Sequence record: DRR723986_10657
Length of the DNA stretch: 40,062 bases
Strand: one strand, 5' to 3'
The notes beneath the pieces are model-generated. The model was not told where the DNA came from, ran no database searches, and saw nothing but the letters and a program-made list of their open reading frames with translations. The position numbers were made by a program, and so were the translations under genes. Shown here in pieces: positions 35,629 through 40,062 of this stretch (position 1 is the stretch's first letter; each line of letters starts with the position of its first letter).

Positions 35629-38310
35629 TCAACCAACCGTCTGAGGCTTTTCAATTCCTGGAAAGTCGACTTCGGGCAGATCCAACTCGGGTACCCCCAA
35701 GTGGCTTAAGTCCACTTCGGCAAGTTCTTTTTCCGGCACGGCAACACGCGGAACGTCGAACGGATTCAGCTCAGTCTCTTCGATCCCCTCGTGGGCAGCC
35801 GAGATCTCCTCTTCCGGAATACTTAGACTTGGCGTTTCTGGAGCAATTGCTTCGATGCGCGGTATTCCAAAGTCCTTTGCGTCGGGCACACTAGCATCAG
35901 ACAACGAAGAGTGAATGCTTCGGCAAGCACGCAACAGCTCGAAAGACTCGTGCGCCAACTCTTCGACTTCGACGTCTTCACTAGCAACGTTGACAGCGTG
36001 GGTCGCCGCAGCCGCAATGCCAGGGATATCGTTTTGTTCAGCCGTCTGCCGAATTCGATCTCCCAGTGCGATGAACGATTCACGATCTCGGTTCTCCACC
36101 GCCTCAACGACTCGTTCGATCTGCTCACCAAGATGAACAACGACTTCGGTCGGTATACGGCTAGCCGTCGTAGCATCCTTCACCGTAGAGTCGCCGCTGG
36201 ATGCGACAACGCGAATGAAGACTTCCACAACCTCTGGATCGAACTGCGTACCGGCACAGCGTCTCAGTTCCTCGATTGCCGCCGTGTTGGTCATCCGACG
36301 ACGGTACGGTCGATCTGTGATCATCGAATCGTAGGAATCTGCAATGGCAAGAATTCGAGCCCCGAGCGGAATCTCCTCTCCCTGTAGCCCAGCTCCCTTG
36401 CTGCCATCGAACCACGCTCTCTGGCTGCGAATGATCTCGGTCAGCCCCTCATGGTTGAAAGATTTGCGAACCAATTCAACACCAACGACGTCGTGCCGAT
36501 TCATGTCCTCCCATTCATCGGACGTCAACTGACCGGGCTTAAGAAGAATAGAATCAGCAACGCCAATCTTGCCGATATCGTGAAGCAGGCCCGCAATTTC
36601 GACGACATACGCGTCACCAGGGCTCAACATTTCTTGCGCAACCAAGGCTGCATAATTACTCACTCGGGTCGAGTGCGCCCCGGTCTGTGCGTCACGGAAC
36701 GACAGGGCAGATAACAATGCGGTGACCGCAGGGAAAGGAATCGCCGGTTTCGATCCATCGTCAAGTTTCTTGCGCGAAATCTTCGATTCGTCGACGATCA
36801 AGTCCTTCGGAACCGTATCGAAGCGAACAACTTGGTCACGACCGTTCCGCTTGGCAACATACAAGCACTTGTCAGCTTGATCGAGCATATCGCCGGGATC
36901 CGTCGCCCCCAATCCAAAGGCCGACACGCCGAGGCTCGCCGTCACATTGAAGCCACCGAATTCAATTTCGCCAAGTCGTACACGAATTCTATCGGCAAGG
37001 GCAGCCGCTTCCTCCAGGTTCTGATTGGGAACGAGAACCGCGAATTCTTCACCGCCGTAACGACATACAATGTCTTCTGGCCCCGCAGATTCCAACAGCA
37101 ATTTTGCAGTAGCCTTCAGAACGTCGTCGCCCACCTTGTGTCCATGAGTGTCATTGATCGATTTAAAGTAGTCGATGTCGACCATCATAACATTCAACTC
37201 CGCGCCGCCAGAGTCGCACGTACGCCACAACTTCTGAAAAGATTCGTAGAACGTGCGGCGGTTTATACAACCAGTCAACGGATCCCGTGTTGCCAGGTAG
37301 CGAAGTTCTTCGTTCTGGTTAGAGATTTCCTCTTTCGACTGATGAAGCGCGTCCAGTGTCGCAGCCAATTCCGCCCGCTTCTGCTCAAGCGACGTCACAT
37401 CCGCAAACGCAATCATCAATCCCTTAAAATTGCCTTCTTCGTCGAGAACCGGCGATGTATTCGCTGAGAACACAGCATTGCCACCGGTGACCGATTTCAT
37501 CGCGACCGACCGACCGTTAACTGCGCGATCTCGGCAGTTTTCGTCCTCCCACGGATAGACCTCCTGCTCGGCATCTTCATCGCCGCTGGAGTCGTCGCTC
37601 GAATCATCTTCTCGTTCACACGGAACCCAGGGCATGGAGTTGATGTGTTTGCCAACAAGATCTGGGAAATCAAGGTGTCGAGTAAATGCGTCGTTCGCCA
37701 GGACGATACGATTGTCGCAGTCAGTCAGCACTACGCCCTCAACAAAGCTATCGAGCGTTTGACGAACACGCCCCGGTACAACTCGTGATGGATCAAGGTA
37801 CTCGAAACTGCGTCGAAAATAGAGCCAGGTGGCTATGGCGACACACGGAACAAACAACAACAACATCTTCACCAAGCCAGGACTCACATAGCGTGCAAAC
37901 CCTGAATAGAGCGGCGCAAACTGGTATTCGATTTGCCCCCATTTGGATGTCGCGGATTGAATCGGCACGACAAAACAACCATCAATATTCGCTGCTACAA
38001 CCTGATCCCAGCGGGCCTGGTGGTCACCCGTGACGGCAACCAATTCACCACTTGACCTGCGGATTCCGGCGGATAACAGCATAGGATTCCGCTTGCTCAA
38101 GAATTGCAACTGCTTTTCCGCTTGGTCAATTTCTCCTCGCGAAACAAGATACGTCAACTGAGCCGAGGCTGATTCGCATAGCTTTGCTCGAGCCTCCGAC
38201 TGCATGCGTCGACCGTCGGGCATCACACCGATAAAACTGGTAAAGAACACCGATGTCACGCATAGTGCAACGACAACGATCGTCATTCGGCTTCGATTTG
38301 AAAGTTTCAT
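35629..38310 (-). CDS. Membrane signalling protein: 2 TM with periplasmic domain, PAS, GGDEF, degenerate HD-GYP, HPt-like bundle, acidic tail
   Basis: DPLTGCINRR, DIDYFKSIND, RYGGEEF, HSTRV, LHDIGKIG, EIPLGARILAIADSYD and GTQFDP. SD GGAGGAG upstream; ATGA overlap with the upstream gene. Confidence 0.92.
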   Translation of the reverse strand: MKLSNRSRMTIVVVALCVTSVFFTSFIGVMPDGRRMQSEARAKLCESASAQLTYLVSRGEIDQAEKQLQFLSKRNPMLLSAGIRRSSGELVAVTGDHQARWDQVVAANIDGCFVVPIQSATSKWGQIEYQFAPLYSGFARYVSPGLVKMLLLFVPCVAIATWLYFRRSFEYLDPSRVVPGRVRQTLDSFVEGVVLTDCDNRIVLANDAFTRHLDFPDLVGKHINSMPWVPCEREDDSSDDSSGDEDAEQEVYPWEDENCRDRAVNGRSVAMKSVTGGNAVFSANTSPVLDEEGNFKGLMIAFADVTSLEQKRAELAATLDALHQSKEEISNQNEELRYLATRDPLTGCINRRTFYESFQKLWRTCDSGGAELNVMMVDIDYFKSINDTHGHKVGDDVLKATAKLLLESAGPEDIVCRYGGEEFAVLVPNQNLEEAAALADRIRVRLGEIEFGGFNVTASLGVSAFGLGATDPGDMLDQADKCLYVAKRNGRDQVVRFDTVPKDLIVDESKISRKKLDDGSKPAIPFPAVTALLSALSFRDAQTGAHSTRVSNYAALVAQEMLSPGDAYVVEIAGLLHDIGKIGVADSILLKPGQLTSDEWEDMNRHDVVGVELVRKSFNHEGLTEIIRSQRAWFDGSKGAGLQGEEIPLGARILAIADSYDSMITDRPYRRRMTNTAAIEELRRCAGTQFDPEVVEVFIRVVASSGDSTVKDATTASRIPTEVVVHLGEQIERVVEAVENRDRESFIALGDRIRQTAEQNDIPGIAAAATHAVNVASEDVEVEELAHESFELLRACRSIHSSLSDASVPDAKDFGIPRIEAIAPETPSLSIPEEEISAAHEGIEETELNPFDVPRVAVPEKELAEVDLSHLGVPELDLPEVDFPGIEKPQTVG

Positions 38311-40062
38311 GATTCTCCTCCACTGGAGGCAGTATCCCCTTGTGTAATCAATTCAGCCACCGAAGTGTCCGACTCATCCTCCGACTTTCCTTGGTCTTGG
38401 AGAATGTAGATTGGATCAAAGCGGGCCCAAGCTGGAACAGAACTTGCCAACATACTTACCACGCTCGATGCACTGATTGTCCAGACCGCTGTTGCGGCCC
38501 CGGCAGCCAAGAATACGCCAGACGCGACGCCGTTGACCAATTCTAGGTCCTGTTGCTGCTCCTGCACGGTTTCTTGGAATGAATCTAAAGTCTGCACCAG
38601 CAACGGCTCCTGCGCGAAGCCTTGAAGGTCCGAGTCGAGCGAACCACCAAGCACGTCTCCACCCTGGCTAAACAGTGAAGCCTCGGTGGCGGCCTGAGCG
38701 GCGATCTGCACCGGTGTACTTGTTGCGGGCGATAGATCCAAGACCGCAGCCCCCACCGTTGCTAATGTCCGGCCAACCAGGCTACTGCTCTCGGTCTGAC
38801 CAGCAACTTGGCTTGACGCCGCAAATCCAACCCCTCCCGACGCTGGAGTTGGAGGAGTAGCTGCGGCAGTAGCTTGTCCGGCAGTGTCGGTATTATTCGT
38901 GTTTTCTGCCTGCACCGATTCCGATTCTTCAATCAGTTCCTCAGGTTCAGTTCCGGCAACATCGGTATCGGTGGAGTCACCTGGTCCAGAATCCGAGTTT
39001 GCTCCACCGGTCGCCGCTGCCTGCATCATCGGGACGTATCCATCGGAAACGACAGGCCCCTCAGAAGATCCTAATGCATCCGTGTAGCTGATCACGACCT
39101 GAACGAGGCTGCCGTTATCATCTGCTTGCACCGCGTAGGTTGCATCTGTCGCCCCTACTATCGCAACTCCGTCGCGGGTCCATTGATAAGTGAGTTCGCC
39201 CAAACCATCCGCGTCTTCCAGATCCGCTACGTTTACTTCCAAGAGAAGTGGGTCGGATGCCGAAGGTTGAACAGTCACCTGTCCCGTTGGTAGATCGTTG
39301 ACGTTGCCAATCGCGGCAGTCTCGGCGGAAACGACCGTTTCCGTGTTCGCGTTGCCGTCGGTGTAGGAAGTTTGAACGCTGATTTGCGATCCAACGTCTG
39401 CATCGCCAAGTGTGTAAGTCGATTCTGTAGCACCACTAGTTACAACTCCGTCCCGTAGCCATTGGTAGCTGAACGAGCCAAGGCCATCGCCGTCACTAAT
39501 GCCAGAAGTGTCAACCGTAAGAGTTTGATCTTCCGTCGCAGTGCCCGTTACCGTCGGCTGTCCGCTGGGAGCATCATTGAGGTTTGCGACAGCAGCAGTT
39601 TGGCTGGACGTCACACTCTCACTGGTACCATTGCCGTCAGTGTACGAAACCGCCACACTGATCTGCGAACCAACGTCTGCATCACCAAGCGTGTAAGTAG
39701 CCCCAGTTGCACCGGTAATCTCAGATCCGTCACGCAACCATTGGTAACTGAACGAGCCAAGGCCGTCGGCATCACTAATACCAGATGTGTCCGCCGTCAG
39801 CGTTTGATCCTCAGTCGCTGTCCCGGTAATGGTCGGTGTTCCCACGGGAGAGTCGTTAACATTGTTCACGACAGATGTCTGAGATGAAGTCAGCGGGCCT
39901 TCACTGGTACCGCCGTTATCAGTGTAGGCAACCTGCACACTGATCTGCGAGCCAACATCTGCATCGCTGAGCGTGTAGGTCGCCTCTGTCGCACCGGTGA
40001 TTTCCGAACCATCGCGTAGCCACTGATAACTGAGCGTGCCAAGTCCGTCACCATCGCTGATC
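38307..40062 (-). CDS. C-terminal part of a large repeat-containing adhesin-like protein (5' end beyond the window)
   Basis: The frame stays open to the window edge. It encodes Ig/cadherin-like repeats (GTATEDQTLT.DTSGISD.DGLGSFSYQWLRDG...YTLGDADVGSQISV..SYTD), then a low-complexity linker and a hydrophobic segment ending PAWARFDPIYIL. Confidence 0.88.
   Translation of the reverse strand, partial: ISDGDGLGTLSYQWLRDGSEITGATEATYTLSDADVGSQISVQVAYTDNGGTSEGPLTSSQTSVVNNVNDSPVGTPTITGTATEDQTLTADTSGISDADGLGSFSYQWLRDGSEITGATGATYTLGDADVGSQISVAVSYTDGNGTSESVTSSQTAAVANLNDAPSGQPTVTGTATEDQTLTVDTSGISDGDGLGSFSYQWLRDGVVTSGATESTYTLGDADVGSQISVQTSYTDGNANTETVVSAETAAIGNVNDLPTGQVTVQPSASDPLLLEVNVADLEDADGLGELTYQWTRDGVAIVGATDATYAVQADDNGSLVQVVISYTDALGSSEGPVVSDGYVPMMQAAATGGANSDSGPGDSTDTDVAGTEPEELIEESESVQAENTNNTDTAGQATAAATPPTPASGGVGFAASSQVAGQTESSSLVGRTLATVGAAVLDLSPATSTPVQIAAQAATEASLFSQGGDVLGGSLDSDLQGFAQEPLLVQTLDSFQETVQEQQQDLELVNGVASGVFLAAGAATAVWTISASSVVSMLASSVPAWARFDPIYILQDQGKSEDESDTSVAELITQGDTASSGGES
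39040..40062 (-). repeat. Intragenic tandem repeats of about 279-282 bp (93-94 aa)
   Basis: An equivalent CTGAT(C/T)TGCG anchor occurs at 39379, 39658 and 39940 (periods 279 and 282). A fourth, more diverged unit lies at about 39040-39310. Confidence 0.88.

Noticed and set aside
36832-37467. 211-aa + strand ORF
   Set aside because: Antisense shadow of the GGDEF domain.
38307-39938. ORF-track start at 39938 for the repeat protein
   Set aside because: It is an internal GTG (Val) within a repeat; the frame continues to the window edge.

Overview
A gene-dense chromosomal window, most likely from a planctomycete (Pirellulaceae-like). The lineage call is an inference from the DUF1592/DUF1552 and DUF1501/DUF1800 pairs, an 'RRLRVEGLEDRRLLA' N-terminal signal and a dockerin-tailed cadherin protein. 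Contents from left to right: (1) a sugar-catabolic operon (uxaE, aldo/keto reductase, Zn-dehydrogenase, GH29) with a divergent AraC regulator, best read as an L-galactose to D-tagaturonate to D-fructuronate route; (2) pstSCAB with greatly enlarged PstC and PstA and no phoU; (3) an exported protein-DUF1800-DUF1501 operon; (4) several secreted or unknown proteins (DUF1080-like, DUF58, DUF1593); (5) a large cadherin/dockerin surface protein; (6) a diheme DUF1592 cytochrome plus DUF1552, next to hemC; (7) a fungal xylose-reductase-like AKR and a sulfatase; (8) the 3' part of a repeat adhesin-like gene translationally coupled to a membrane PAS-GGDEF-degenerate HD-GYP-pseudo-HPt protein. I found no rRNA, tRNA, CRISPR array or transposase. 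All family calls come from motif recognition, not database searches.
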